Shown here: positions 17,283-27,054 of the stretch, piece after piece | Numbering within the stretch: the first letter of the stretch is position 1 | Layout of the letters: each line of letters opens with the position of its first letter | Source: Candidatus Altiarchaeota archaeon | GTDB taxonomy: Archaea; Altiarchaeota; Altiarchaeia; IMC4; SCGC-AAA252-I15 | Length of the DNA: 64,000 bases | Direction of reading: 5' to 3' | Assembly (NCBI GenBank): GCA_043813075.1 | Contig: JBDRLL010000006.1 | Coordinates: 1 to 64,000, forward strand | Position numbers and translations under genes: made by a program | Notes under the pieces: generated by a model | What the model was told of the DNA's origin: nothing | The model's input: only the letters and a program-made list of their open reading frames with translations | Databases searched by the model: none

Positions 17283-18256
17283 TCCAGCAGTATGTTGTAC
17301 CCGTGCCGCTTGTGGTACATGAATTCATCGTCTGTCGAATCCTTAGCCCACTTCACGTAGTCTGTTATCTCTGATAGCTTTGAGCTCATGTCGTCCGCAT
17401 AGTATACCGCAAATGCTTCAGGCGTCATGGGAGGCTTCGGGGAGCCGTATTCAAGGCGTCCGTGGTGGCTGAGTATTATGTGGAGGAGTTTCTCCCGCGT
17501 CTCAACTCCGGTGCCCAGCTCCTTCATGTATTCAGACACCATAGCATAGCCGATTGATATGTGCCCCTCCAACTGTCCCTTCCTCGTGCCCTTAACACGT
17601 GAGGTGACTTCAAGCTCCTCCAGCTTTCCGATGTCGTGGAGGAGGGAGCCTGCTACCAGAAGGTCCTTGTTCATGTCCGGGAACAGCCTGTGGCTGAGCA
17701 GAGCGTACTCCACCACCTCGAGGGTGTGCTGGAGGAGCCCGCCAGTCCAGTTGTGGTGTATCTCTATCGCAGCGGGATGGGTCTTGAACTTCTCGCTTGT
17801 AGGGGGGTCGTTGAATATCCTCTCCAGGAGCTTTTTCAATTCAGGGTCCCCGACCCCGCTGATTCTTTCCATCAGGAGGCCGTACATTTCCCCAACATCC
17901 ATTTTCGCGGGTATGATGAAGTCTTCCGGACTGTACTCGCCCTTCTGTAGTGCGCGGATTATGTCCGGCTCGTTGGTGGAAATCTGCAGTTTGTCGTTGT
18001 ATTTCGAGGCCTTACCCTGCACGTATACGACCGAGTCCGGTTTTATGGACTCGTAGACGCTCTTAACAACATCCTCGTTCACATTCCCCCAGTACTTGTA
18101 GTCTATCGTGCGGCCGCTGGAGTCGGTGAGGAGGAGCTGAAAGGAGAATCCCTTCGAGTAGGGTTGTATCCCCTTCTTTATCTTGACCACGAATATGTCG
18201 TCTATCCTGTCGCCCTCGCTTATGGAGTCGATGGGCTGCCTCTTGCTGTAAACCAT
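17279..18256 (-). CDS. YhaM-like OB-fold/HD 3'-5' exoribonuclease
   Basis: LTDSSG OB fold, PAA..HH...GGLLQHT, LLHDIGK, SHHGRLEYGSP. Confidence 0.9.
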   Translation of the reverse strand: MVYSKRQPIDSISEGDRIDDIFVVKIKKGIQPYSKGFSFQLLLTDSSGRTIDYKYWGNVNEDVVKSVYESIKPDSVVYVQGKASKYNDKLQISTNEPDIIRALQKGEYSPEDFIIPAKMDVGEMYGLLMERISGVGDPELKKLLERIFNDPPTSEKFKTHPAAIEIHHNWTGGLLQHTLEVVEYALLSHRLFPDMNKDLLVAGSLLHDIGKLEELEVTSRVKGTRKGQLEGHISIGYAMVSEYMKELGTGVETREKLLHIILSHHGRLEYGSPKPPMTPEAFAVYYADDMSSKLSEITDYVKWAKDSTDDEFMYHKRHGYNILLD

Positions 18257-18300
18257 CGCGTATGAAGAATTACGTGTCGGCCAATAAGAATGATGGTTGA

Positions 18301-18909
18301 CTATGCGTACATGACGTATTCACTGCAGGAGTCTCTCAATTTAGGGTCGGTTATGCGTTCGCATAATGCCGGATTTTTCAGGTTTTTATTGACTTCATGC
18401 AGGCATTCGTCCTTGGCGGTCTGGTTTCGTATCTGATTCTCGCATAGCATTGAGTTGTTGGAGTATACAGCAACCCAGTGGAAGCAGATGTCATGCCATA
18501 CTGGGTCAGTCACTTGACTGCATATGGACGCGTTTAACGTTACTGTCGCCATGCACCAGTTATGCCATTTGTCCTCTTGGATATTAGCGCATCCGCCGGG
18601 ATCGTTCATTATTATGGCGATGCTTCCATAGCACCATGTCTGGCCGGGCGCATTTGATATCCCACCGCAGATTGACGAGTCGTTTAATGTTGCCGCGATT
18701 ACAAGGAGACATTCATCTTTCTTGCCCTGATGCCTTATTTCCATGCAATATGACGCGTCAAGGAGGTCATACGCCATTTTATCGTAACATATGTCCCTGT
18801 AATCCGGGTCTGCCAGTGAATCACAGTCAGTTAAAGCCTCTTTAGGCGTATCATCCAGGCAACCGCATAGTAGGAGGGTGAGTATGACGCAGCAAATGGC
18901 GTTTCTCAT
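18301..18909 (-). CDS. Lipoprotein of ~25-aa Cys-pair tandem repeats
   Basis: LLLCGC lipobox; about 7 repeats of CxxIxxxxxxDxCyxxxAxxxxdxxx. Confidence 0.75.
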   Translation of the reverse strand: MRNAICCVILTLLLCGCLDDTPKEALTDCDSLADPDYRDICYDKMAYDLLDASYCMEIRHQGKKDECLLVIAATLNDSSICGGISNAPGQTWCYGSIAIIMNDPGGCANIQEDKWHNWCMATVTLNASICSQVTDPVWHDICFHWVAVYSNNSMLCENQIRNQTAKDECLHEVNKNLKNPALCERITDPKLRDSCSEYVMYA

Positions 18910-18938
18910 GTATGAGTATTCAGACAGATGCATTTTTA

Positions 18939-18998
18939 TATACGTTTAAACCTATAACTAATTTCAGAAATTTGTATACAGTTAAACCCATAAGTAAT
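18939..18998. repeat. Imperfect 24-bp direct repeat (20/24 identical, 36-bp period) in the thermosome promoter
   Basis: tatacgtttaaacctataactaat (18939-18962) vs tatacagttaaacccataagtaat (18975-18998). Confidence 0.7.
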
Positions 18999-19051
18999 CC
19001 CATTTTTGGGGTGTTTTGGGGATAGTGAAAAATAAAAGAAGGTGATGAGAT

Positions 19052-20692
19052 ATGGCACAAGGACAACCGATATTTATACTGCCAGAAGGCGCGCTCAGAA
19101 CGCAAGGAAGAGACGCCCAGAGGTCAAACATCATGGCCGCGAAGGCAGTTGCGGAGGCTGTTAGAAGCACTCTAGGCCCCCGCGGTATGGACAAGATGCT
19201 CGTCGACGACATGGGGGACATCGTCATAACGAACGATGGAGCCACAATAGTCGAGGAGATGAACGTGGAGCACCCCGCAGCCAAGATGGTTGTGGAGGTC
19301 GCTAAGACACAGGACGACGAAGTAGGAGACGGGACAACGACAGCGGTCGTGCTGACCGGAGAATTGATGTCCAACGCAGAGAAGCTATTGGATCAAGGCA
19401 TCCACTCCACAGTCATCGCACGCGGATACAGGATGGCTGCAGACAAGGCCATAGAAACGCTGAACGCAATAGGCAAGAAGATAAGCCTAAACGACACCAA
19501 ACTCCTCGAGGAAATCGCTGTCACAGCGATGACTGGAAAGGGTGCTGAAGCAGCCAAAACCGCTCTTTCAAAGCTGTCGGTGAAGGCCGTCAGGCAGGTC
19601 GCTGAAGAGGAAGGCGGTAAGATCACGGTAGACCTTGACAACATAAAGGTCGAGAAGAAGAAGGGCGGCAGCACGCACGACACCGAGTTGATTGAAGGGA
19701 TCATAGTCGACAAGGAGCGAGTGCACGCTGGAATGCCGAAGAAGGTTGAGAACGCCAAGATTGCGCTGCTAGACGTCGCAATCGAGATAAAGGACACTGA
19801 GACGGACGCTGAGATAAGCATAACTTCACCAGACCAGCTGCAGGCATTCGTACAGCAGGAGGAGAACATGCTTAAGGAAATGGTCAGCAACATATCTAAA
19901 AGCGACGCTAACGTCGTGTTCTGCCAGAAGGGCATCGACGACCTGGCCCAGCACTTCCTGAGCAAGGCCGGAATCTTCGCTGTGAGAAGAGTGAAGAAGA
20001 GCGATATGGAAAAGCTCGCGAAGGCGACTGGAGCAAAGGTGGTGACAAACTTGAAAGACCTGAACAAGTCAGACCTTGGTTCCGCAAAAATAGTTGAAGA
20101 ACTGAAGATAAGCGGCGACGAGATGACTTTCGTCCGCGGATGCAAGAACCCGAAGGCGGTCAGCATAATAGTCCGCGGAGGGACAGAGCATGTGGTAGAC
20201 GAAGTAGAGCGCGCCATAAATGACGCACTCGGCGGAGTCGCGGCAGCAGTCGAAGTCGGGGCAATCGTCGCGGGCGGCGGAGCGCCCGAAGTGGAAGTAG
20301 CCCACAAGCTTAGGAAGTTCGCTGACTCCGTCGGCGGAAGGGAACAGCTTGCTGTAAACGCGTTCGCTGACGCTCTGGAAGTGATACCAAGAACACTTGC
20401 AGAAAGCGCTGGCATGGACGCCATAGACACGCTAGTCAACCTAAGGGCGAAACACGACAAGAAGGAAGGCGTAAACTACGGCGTCTTCGTCGAAAAAGCC
20501 AAGATAGACGACATGTGGAGCAAAGGCGTAGTCGAACCGCTGAAGATAAAGACCCAGGCAGTCAAAAGCGCTTCAGAGGCTGCGGAGATGATACTCCGTA
20601 TAGACGACGTTATCGCAGCAACAAAGCCCAGAGGCGGCGGCGGAATGCCACCAGGCATGCCACCCGGCGGAATGGGCGACATGGACATGTAA
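19052..20692 (+). CDS. ths: Thermosome (group II chaperonin) subunit
   Basis: [32 protein letters not shown] tail. Confidence 0.98.
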   Translation: MAQGQPIFILPEGALRTQGRDAQRSNIMAAKAVAEAVRSTLGPRGMDKMLVDDMGDIVITNDGATIVEEMNVEHPAAKMVVEVAKTQDDEVGDGTTTAVVLTGELMSNAEKLLDQGIHSTVIARGYRMAADKAIETLNAIGKKISLNDTKLLEEIAVTAMTGKGAEAAKTALSKLSVKAVRQVAEEEGGKITVDLDNIKVEKKKGGSTHDTELIEGIIVDKERVHAGMPKKVENAKIALLDVAIEIKDTETDAEISITSPDQLQAFVQQEENMLKEMVSNISKSDANVVFCQKGIDDLAQHFLSKAGIFAVRRVKKSDMEKLAKATGAKVVTNLKDLNKSDLGSAKIVEELKISGDEMTFVRGCKNPKAVSIIVRGGTEHVVDEVERAINDALGGVAAAVEVGAIVAGGGAPEVEVAHKLRKFADSVGGREQLAVNAFADALEVIPRTLAESAGMDAIDTLVNLRAKHDKKEGVNYGVFVEKAKIDDMWSKGVVEPLKIKTQAVKSASEAAEMILRIDDVIAATKPRGGGGMPPGMPPGGMGDMDM

Positions 20693-20693
20693 G

Positions 20694-20742
20694 GGGGGGT
20701 ACACGACCCCCATTTTTCTTCTTTCCTTTATTCTTTTCTTTC
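20694..20742 (+). terminator. Short hairpin plus T-rich tract after the thermosome gene
   Basis: ggggt-acacg-acccc followed by a long pyrimidine run. Confidence 0.55.
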
Positions 20743-20757
20743 TAATAGATTCTCAAC

Positions 20758-21633
20758 ATGCTAGTCACAGCCGTCATATGGGTCACGCTGCTTTTCCTGA
20801 TACTGGACAGCATAATAGACTTGAAGACCGGCGAGATACCGGAGAAGCTGACGCACGGCCTAACAGGGATCATCATCCTGCTGGCGGTCGGCCACGGAAT
20901 CATTGAGAACAGTATTTCGATGGTGAAGTCGACTATCCTTGTGGGCGCATCATATTTCATCGCAGGGTATGTCCTTTATCGACTAGGGCAGTGGGGGGGT
21001 GGCGACGTCAAGATGATGGCTGGCATAGGATGCGCGCTAGGATACCTCGATTCCATGGGATACGCGTGGCCCAATTCCATCATAACAGGGTACTACCTGA
21101 CGTATTTCATAAACATGTCGATTTTTGCCATACCCTACGCGGTAACCTACTCTCTGATACTTGGTTTCATGAACCCCAGCGTATTCAGGGAATTCCTTAG
21201 TGGTGTTAGGGAGTTTAAGGTCGTCATACTCCTAGCAGTCTCGTTCGCGCCCGCATTATTGTCCACGTATTTTGGTGAAAGCCTGCTCGCGCTCGTTTAC
21301 CTTATGCTGCCGTTTTTCATGCTCGCGACGATTTACCTCAAGGTCGTCGAGAAGAAACTGCTGTGCAAGACGGTCAGGGTCGAGGAGCTTAGAGTCGGGG
21401 ACATACCAGCGGAAGACATCCAGTGTGAGGGAGAGAGGATAGCCTCCAAGATGATTGAGGGCATAACAGGGGAAGAGCTGGAGAGAATAACGAGGTTGGC
21501 GTGGGAGGGGAGGATACCTGACGAGGTTAAGATACGTTGGGGCATCAAGTTCGCGCCAATACTCCTGGCATCATATGTTATGACACTATGGCAGGGCAGC
21601 CTGCTGGAGATCTTCTTCAACAACATACTGTGA
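20758..21633 (+). CDS. A24 prepilin/prearchaellin peptidase (PibD/EppA-like)
   Basis: DLKTGEIP and GGGDVK catalytic Asp motifs, multiple TMs, IKFAP near the C-terminus. Confidence 0.88.
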   Translation: MLVTAVIWVTLLFLILDSIIDLKTGEIPEKLTHGLTGIIILLAVGHGIIENSISMVKSTILVGASYFIAGYVLYRLGQWGGGDVKMMAGIGCALGYLDSMGYAWPNSIITGYYLTYFINMSIFAIPYAVTYSLILGFMNPSVFREFLSGVREFKVVILLAVSFAPALLSTYFGESLLALVYLMLPFFMLATIYLKVVEKKLLCKTVRVEELRVGDIPAEDIQCEGERIASKMIEGITGEELERITRLAWEGRIPDEVKIRWGIKFAPILLASYVMTLWQGSLLEIFFNNIL

Positions 21634-21634
21634 A

Positions 21635-22060
21635 TCACTGCAGGTCCATGAGACCCAACCCTGTCTGAGCATCGTATTCCCTGAGGATAATGTCTTTGAA
21701 CGCGCGCAGGTGGAATTCACCGGCGAAAACCCGCATGGAGAAGACGTGGCCGCCTATCGTCGAATGGTCTTTCCTGCAGAGGCAGGCGTGGGCGTGGGCG
21801 AATTTAACCCCGTCCTTGAGGGTGATGTTCCCGTTGCATGATATTATCTCCATTGGCTCGTTGAACTCTGTCTCACAGTACTCCTTCTTTTCCTGGTCAT
21901 AGAACCCGAGTTTCGCGTACTTCACCGCACCTATCACGGTGAAGACTCCGGAGGATATGTTTTTCCTTGAGGCGAATGACGTTAATTCCTCGAGGAGGTC
22001 AGAGTCGTGGGCCAGTTTACCGAAGTACTCTCCCAATGGTTGGGCGTCTATTGATTCCAC
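21635..22060 (-). CDS. PPC/DUF296 domain protein
   Basis: IGAV...LGFYD, EIISCNGNI, HAHACL, GGH. Confidence 0.88.
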   Translation of the reverse strand: MESIDAQPLGEYFGKLAHDSDLLEELTSFASRKNISSGVFTVIGAVKYAKLGFYDQEKKEYCETEFNEPMEIISCNGNITLKDGVKFAHAHACLCRKDHSTIGGHVFSMRVFAGEFHLRAFKDIILREYDAQTGLGLMDLQ

Positions 22061-22062
22061 TT

Positions 22063-23328
22063 TCAGGTGAAGTTGACTATAACAACATTGTCTGTCGATA
22101 CTATCTGATCCTTCTTAACCTTCCGCTTACCCACCTTGATGCCGCTCAACTCCATGCCCTCGACAAAGACGTTTGTGACCTTCCCAATGTGCTTGCCGTC
22201 GCTAGTGTACACTTCCCTGCCGCTCAAATCCTTGACCAGGTTCTTTATGGCCTGTATCTCAGATATGAACAAGTATTCTGTCAGCTTGGTCCATATCCCG
22301 AATATGCACAGGGCCAGCGTGCCGTGGAGCACGAAGTCGCCGACACCATAGTCTTCGTTGACTATGAAGTTCGCTCCAGAGGCTATCATGTCCCTTATCA
22401 GGACTACGAAGGCGAGGAGCACTAGGTATCTCCGTATGGCAACATAACGCTGCGACGCATACTTGTCTATTATCAGACCGAGTATGACGACGAGTATGGA
22501 AATCGTAAGGAGGGTTATGGAGGCTGAGTTGAGGACGAACAGGGATATGCTGTTAAGGGTGACATCCATGTTGTCGATGCTGATGTTGATAGGGTATCGC
22601 CTCCAGTCGCTGACCATGTAGCCGGCGCTTATCACCAAGGCTATGAATGATATGAGGTAGATGACAGTCTCGATCCGCTCTATGGACAATGCCTTGAAGA
22701 AGTCGGACGACCTCTCAAAGAAGCCCTCCTCCCATCCCATGCCCTTCAACAGCAGGTAGAATCCGACGACCGCGAGGATCAGGCTCAAGGCCTGTATGCC
22801 GCCAGTCGCCAGGAGGACCAGTGTGAGGCCGGGTATGCCGAACATTAGCCGCGCCAGGTTCGGGTCTTCAGATATCTCCTTGAAGAAGTTCGTGAACTTG
22901 AAGTAGGCTTTCTCCAGCTCCTTGCTCTGGCGCACCACGACAGTGTGGACTGCGTCCACCTTAACCCTGGACTGTATTATGGGGAGGACCTGCTCGTCGT
23001 CCATCCCGTCGGTCACGACTATGACGGAATCTGGCTTGTACTTTTCCATCACATCATCCAGCTGCTGGGATATCTTGCGGTCTGACGTGACACCGACATC
23101 ATAGTCTCCGGTGAGCGTGACCACATCCAGCTCCAGGTTCCGGGACAGCTTCAACGCCCCGAACATGGCGTTTACGTCAGTGTCCTCAGGATCCTCCAAC
23201 GCAAGCTTCTCAGCCACCTGGAGGTTGCTGTCCCAGCCTAATACAGGACCCTTCACGTCGGTTTTCCGGCCTATGTCGTCGTCCCTGTCGATGCAGACGA
23301 CGAGACTCTTCAGGTTAGACTTACCCAC
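22063..23328 (-). CDS. DUF373 membrane protein with C-terminal PRC-barrel
   Basis: LVVCIDRDDDIG.K, DPEDTD.N, VTDG.DDE, VVVRQS; tail LSGREVYTSDGKHIGKVTNV. Confidence 0.82.
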   Translation of the reverse strand: MGKSNLKSLVVCIDRDDDIGRKTDVKGPVLGWDSNLQVAEKLALEDPEDTDVNAMFGALKLSRNLELDVVTLTGDYDVGVTSDRKISQQLDDVMEKYKPDSVIVVTDGMDDEQVLPIIQSRVKVDAVHTVVVRQSKELEKAYFKFTNFFKEISEDPNLARLMFGIPGLTLVLLATGGIQALSLILAVVGFYLLLKGMGWEEGFFERSSDFFKALSIERIETVIYLISFIALVISAGYMVSDWRRYPINISIDNMDVTLNSISLFVLNSASITLLTISILVVILGLIIDKYASQRYVAIRRYLVLLAFVVLIRDMIASGANFIVNEDYGVGDFVLHGTLALCIFGIWTKLTEYLFISEIQAIKNLVKDLSGREVYTSDGKHIGKVTNVFVEGMELSGIKVGKRKVKKDQIVSTDNVVIVNFT

Positions 23329-23409
23329 ATTAAAAATACTGTTTCACGACTTAAAACCGTTAAATATGAGGGTGGAATAATAAAGACGTGTTATTATATT
23401 ATTCAATAA

Positions 23410-26004
23410 GTGATGGATTCTAGGGAATTATGCAATTTGACGGATTCTCTGCTCATTGCCGGGATCATCCTGATCATCTTCTCCCACCCGCTCGCAGCCT
23501 TTGCGGGAGGAGACGGGAGCCTGGGGGATCCATTCCAGATTACGGATTGCGTTGAATTGAATGACACTAGAGCGGATTTGGGCGCTAATTATGTTTTGAA
23601 CAATGAGGTAGACTGCAGTGACACCGTGAACTGGGAGGGTGGTGACGGGTTCACGCCGATAAGCACTTTCACAGGCAACTTCTCAGGGCAGAACAACGAC
23701 ATAACAGACTTGTACATAGACAGTACCAGCACCGACGTCGGATTATTCGGCATACTTGATGGTGGTGGTAGGATAGTGGACCTTGGTTTGGTGGACGCTG
23801 ACATAACAGGGGGTGGTAATACCGGAGGGCTTGTGGGAGATTTAGAAAACGGATTGATTAACAATGCGTACGTGACGGGGAGCGTGGCAAGCAGCGTCGA
23901 CTATGTGGGCGGGCTCGTCGGATACTGCAAGAGTAATGGCTTGATAGCACTATCCTATTCTGAGGCTGACGTGACAGGACACACTTACGTCGGCGGGCTG
24001 GTCGGGTATAGTAATGGGGATGTGATTAGCTGTTACACAACAGGAACAATTGATGCAACGGGAGTGGCGCCAAATTATCATGGAGGATTGATAGGCAGCA
24101 GCAGTGGCGTTGACGTGAATACTTCCTACGCCACTGGAAACGTTAGTGGAGGCTCATTTAATGGAGGCCTAATCGGAGGGGCCTTTGGCTCAACAAGGAT
24201 ATTCAATTCATACGCGCTAGGTCATGTTTCAGGAAACGAGCGCATCGGGGGACTTATAGGTGATTTGAGGGGGCCAGCCACCAACTGTTACTCAAGAGGA
24301 AGCGCCACAGGTTCTGGAAAGGTAGGTGGCTTGATAGGTAATCTGGATCCATCAGGGACGGCAGTGAACTCATTCTCGACAGGGGGGGTTTCAGCAGGCT
24401 CAAATGATGGGGGACTCGTAGGGTATCATAATGGGGGTACTCTGACGAACTGCTGGTGGTACAATGATTCAAGTGATAATCCAGATTACTGCTACACTGA
24501 TTCGGTTTCAGTTCCGGGAAATACCGGCTGCACGCCTGATGAGGACTTATCCTACTTCTTCACTGTCGGTAACGAGCCTACAGACGTCTGGGACTTTGGT
24601 AACATCTGGGACAACGTGAATGACGGCGGCAACACCGCCCCACTGTTATGGCAGAGCTCGTTGAAATGGACTGGAGTAAGCTGTGGTGACGGGAGCGAAT
24701 GCGATTCAGGCAACTGCGTTGACGGCGTATGCTGTGATACTGCATGCGCTGGAGCATGCAAGGACTGCGATGTCGCGGGGAGTGAGGGCACGTGCACGAA
24801 CATCCCCGATGGTCAGGACCCGGAAGGAGAATGCGGGAACATAGACTGCTCGCCGTACATATTCGGGTGGGGTGTGGCAAACTCCGCCCTATCCTGCCGG
24901 ACCGAATCATCGACCACAGAAGGCTACTGCGGGGGAGACGGGGCTTGCAGAAGCCAGAGCGAGGAATGCGCGGCCCAGGATGTGGAGGACGGGCAGTCAG
25001 GTGCAGCAGCCTGCGGGAGCGCGGCATGCAAGTGGCAGTGCCCCAACGAAGGCACTGCAACAGACTATGATACTGTCGAGGAAGTCTGCTACACAGACGA
25101 TGCACAACACAGCTGCAGTGCGGGAGAAGTCTGCGACGCCACCGGAACATGCACTGCAACAACGACAACCACAAGCACGACCACCACGACAACCACAAGC
25201 ACGACCACCACGACAACAGACCCGCCGAAGGGTAGGGGCCCCACCACCACTCGACCGGAGCCTACGACAACAGTAAAGACGACTTCGACAAGCACGACAA
25301 TCATGCTGGTTGCGCAGACGAGCGTTACAAGCACGCTAAGGAAGGTTACGACAACGAGTATTGAGGCTGCCAGACCCCAGCCGCCAAGTGGAACATCAAC
25401 GCCAGGCCCGGGCGGTAATAATCCTCCGACAGGCAGGGAAGGCCTGGGAAAAGAAGGGGAGGGTGATGAGGAGGAGACTAACTACGACACGCGGGAATAC
25501 GACTCTGACGTGAACGTGAAACTCGATTTTAAGGACTTAAGCCACGCTAGGGCTGGTGAAGTAATCGGGATAAATGTCACAGTCCAAGCGGACTCCAGCA
25601 TCAATGGCCTGCGGACGTTCATAATAACTTCGCCAGGAATAAGGATGATTGAGTACGATGAGGTAATCAACCTGGATGACGTGCTTGTCAAGGAGCTGAC
25701 CTGGAAGGCTGTGGTGGAGGATGATGCTGGCGCCGGAAGATACTTCATAAACGCCAGCCTAATAGACGTTCAGGGAAGCGTCAAAAGCATCAAGAACGCT
25801 GAGGTAATCCTGCAGGAGGGGATTGATATGCAGGAGACAGTAATGCCTGAACCAGAGGGTCTGATTGAAAGGGTATTCAACATCATGAGGAGGGTATTCA
25901 ATGTGATATACAGGAACAGGTTCCTGTTCATGGCACTGTTCCTGGTGCTCATGCTGATGGCCTACGCCTACTACTCGTACAGGAAGAGGAGGATAGGGCT
26001 ATGA
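23410..26004 (+). CDS. Membrane-anchored surface protein: GLUG repeats, Cys-rich region, Thr stalk, Ig-like domain, C-terminal TM
   Basis: FAGGDGS..DPFQI, repeated VGGLVG, CVDGVCC, poly-Thr, TM followed by RKRR. Confidence 0.85.
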   Translation: MMDSRELCNLTDSLLIAGIILIIFSHPLAAFAGGDGSLGDPFQITDCVELNDTRADLGANYVLNNEVDCSDTVNWEGGDGFTPISTFTGNFSGQNNDITDLYIDSTSTDVGLFGILDGGGRIVDLGLVDADITGGGNTGGLVGDLENGLINNAYVTGSVASSVDYVGGLVGYCKSNGLIALSYSEADVTGHTYVGGLVGYSNGDVISCYTTGTIDATGVAPNYHGGLIGSSSGVDVNTSYATGNVSGGSFNGGLIGGAFGSTRIFNSYALGHVSGNERIGGLIGDLRGPATNCYSRGSATGSGKVGGLIGNLDPSGTAVNSFSTGGVSAGSNDGGLVGYHNGGTLTNCWWYNDSSDNPDYCYTDSVSVPGNTGCTPDEDLSYFFTVGNEPTDVWDFGNIWDNVNDGGNTAPLLWQSSLKWTGVSCGDGSECDSGNCVDGVCCDTACAGACKDCDVAGSEGTCTNIPDGQDPEGECGNIDCSPYIFGWGVANSALSCRTESSTTEGYCGGDGACRSQSEECAAQDVEDGQSGAAACGSAACKWQCPNEGTATDYDTVEEVCYTDDAQHSCSAGEVCDATGTCTATTTTTSTTTTTTTSTTTTTTDPPKGRGPTTTRPEPTTTVKTTSTSTTIMLVAQTSVTSTLRKVTTTSIEAARPQPPSGTSTPGPGGNNPPTGREGLGKEGEGDEEETNYDTREYDSDVNVKLDFKDLSHARAGEVIGINVTVQADSSINGLRTFIITSPGIRMIEYDEVINLDDVLVKELTWKAVVEDDAGAGRYFINASLIDVQGSVKSIKNAEVILQEGIDMQETVMPEPEGLIERVFNIMRRVFNVIYRNRFLFMALFLVLMLMAYAYYSYRKRRIGL
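25162..25217. repeat. 24-bp tandem repeat (2.3 copies) encoding the Thr stalk
   Basis: acgacaaccacaagcacgaccacc twice plus a partial copy. Confidence 0.8.
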
Positions 26005-26697
26005 ATCCCCCTTCAGGGATTTTATCTTCGCCTCGACTTCGATAAGCCTTTTCTGGTAGTCGCGTATTATCTCGCGGTAGCTTTCCTCGTCTATGCCACG
26101 CTTATGGTACTTGATTTTAGTCAGGTTTATCATGTACTCGAGCTCATGCATCTCGTGCTGCAGCGCGGACAGCTCATCGCCCTCGGGCTTGGCTTGGTCA
26201 AGCTTGTTCTGCAGGTGGGACTGCCGTTCCTCAAGATCCCGGATTATCCGCTTACGCCTGAAAAAGAGCTGGTCCACGAATATGAGGAAGAGTATGAGAA
26301 GGGCTACGAGGACGACCATCCAGAAGCCGTACTTCTCGACGACATCGTCGCTGTATGTGGATTCCGCGGAGATGTCGAAGTTCACTGTGTAAACGCCGTT
26401 AGCCTCGACTACGCTGCTTGTCCGCTGGTTGGGGTTGGTCTCCCCCATCCGCACGTATATGTCATAGTATGAGCCCGGCGACACGGTAGTGTTGAAGTAG
26501 CCGTTGCTGTTTGAGTATGTTGAGGCGACCGGTTTATTAAAGTCTCCTGTCTTGAATATGTCGACCCTGAGGTTGCTGTATGGCGCCCCATTGTTGCCGT
26601 CTCTGATATGCCCTTCTATGACCGCCGTCTCCTGGGCGATGCATGCGGGAGAAAGCAGAATAAGGGCTATGGCGAGCAGAGTGGCATGTTTAAGCAT
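25999..26697 (-). CDS. Single-pass membrane protein: extracellular beta-sandwich plus cytoplasmic coiled coil
   Basis: Signal peptide, IEGHIRD...SNSNGYF..V.PG.Y (carboxypeptidase-regulatory-like), TM, helical tail. Confidence 0.7.
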   Translation of the reverse strand: MLKHATLLAIALILLSPACIAQETAVIEGHIRDGNNGAPYSNLRVDIFKTGDFNKPVASTYSNSNGYFNTTVSPGSYYDIYVRMGETNPNQRTSSVVEANGVYTVNFDISAESTYSDDVVEKYGFWMVVLVALLILFLIFVDQLFFRRKRIIRDLEERQSHLQNKLDQAKPEGDELSALQHEMHELEYMINLTKIKYHKRGIDEESYREIIRDYQKRLIEVEAKIKSLKGDS

Positions 26698-26742
26698 ATT
26701 AAGGATTAGTTGCTGAGTAAAAAAAGCAGTATGACACGTTAT

Positions 26743-26988
26743 TTAATCCTTTACCACGACAACCTTGCTGACCGCGTTAACAGCGTCGAAGGGTATCACG
26801 TAGTTACCGTCCTTGTCCTTAGGGTAAGTGACCCTTGAGACTACGTCGCCTAGTGGCTCGACGATTATGGATATGAAGTCGCCGGTATTCTCGTCGATAA
26901 TAATGTCGTCCAACCGTCCGAGCTCTTCACCACCAACTGTGATAACAGGCTTACCCCCCAATTGTCTGGCAATAATGTAAGTTACCAT
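26743..26988 (-). CDS. Stand-alone PRC-barrel protein (CdpB-like)
   Basis: LGGKPVITVGGEELGRLDDIIIDENTG, IPFDAVNAV; GGTGA SD. Confidence 0.85.
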   Translation of the reverse strand: MVTYIIARQLGGKPVITVGGEELGRLDDIIIDENTGDFISIIVEPLGDVVSRVTYPKDKDGNYVIPFDAVNAVSKVVVVKD

Positions 26989-27054
26989 GTAAGTCACCTA
27001 ATGGGCTTATTTTAATACAACTTATTAAGAATGTTAGTTTAAAAAGACGAGAAG

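Noticed and set aside
19393-20460. 355-aa antisense ORF (likewise 4216-4812, 15661-16356, 40491-41189, 55464-56195)
   Set aside because: Shadow ORFs opposite conserved genes; Ser-rich and without motifs
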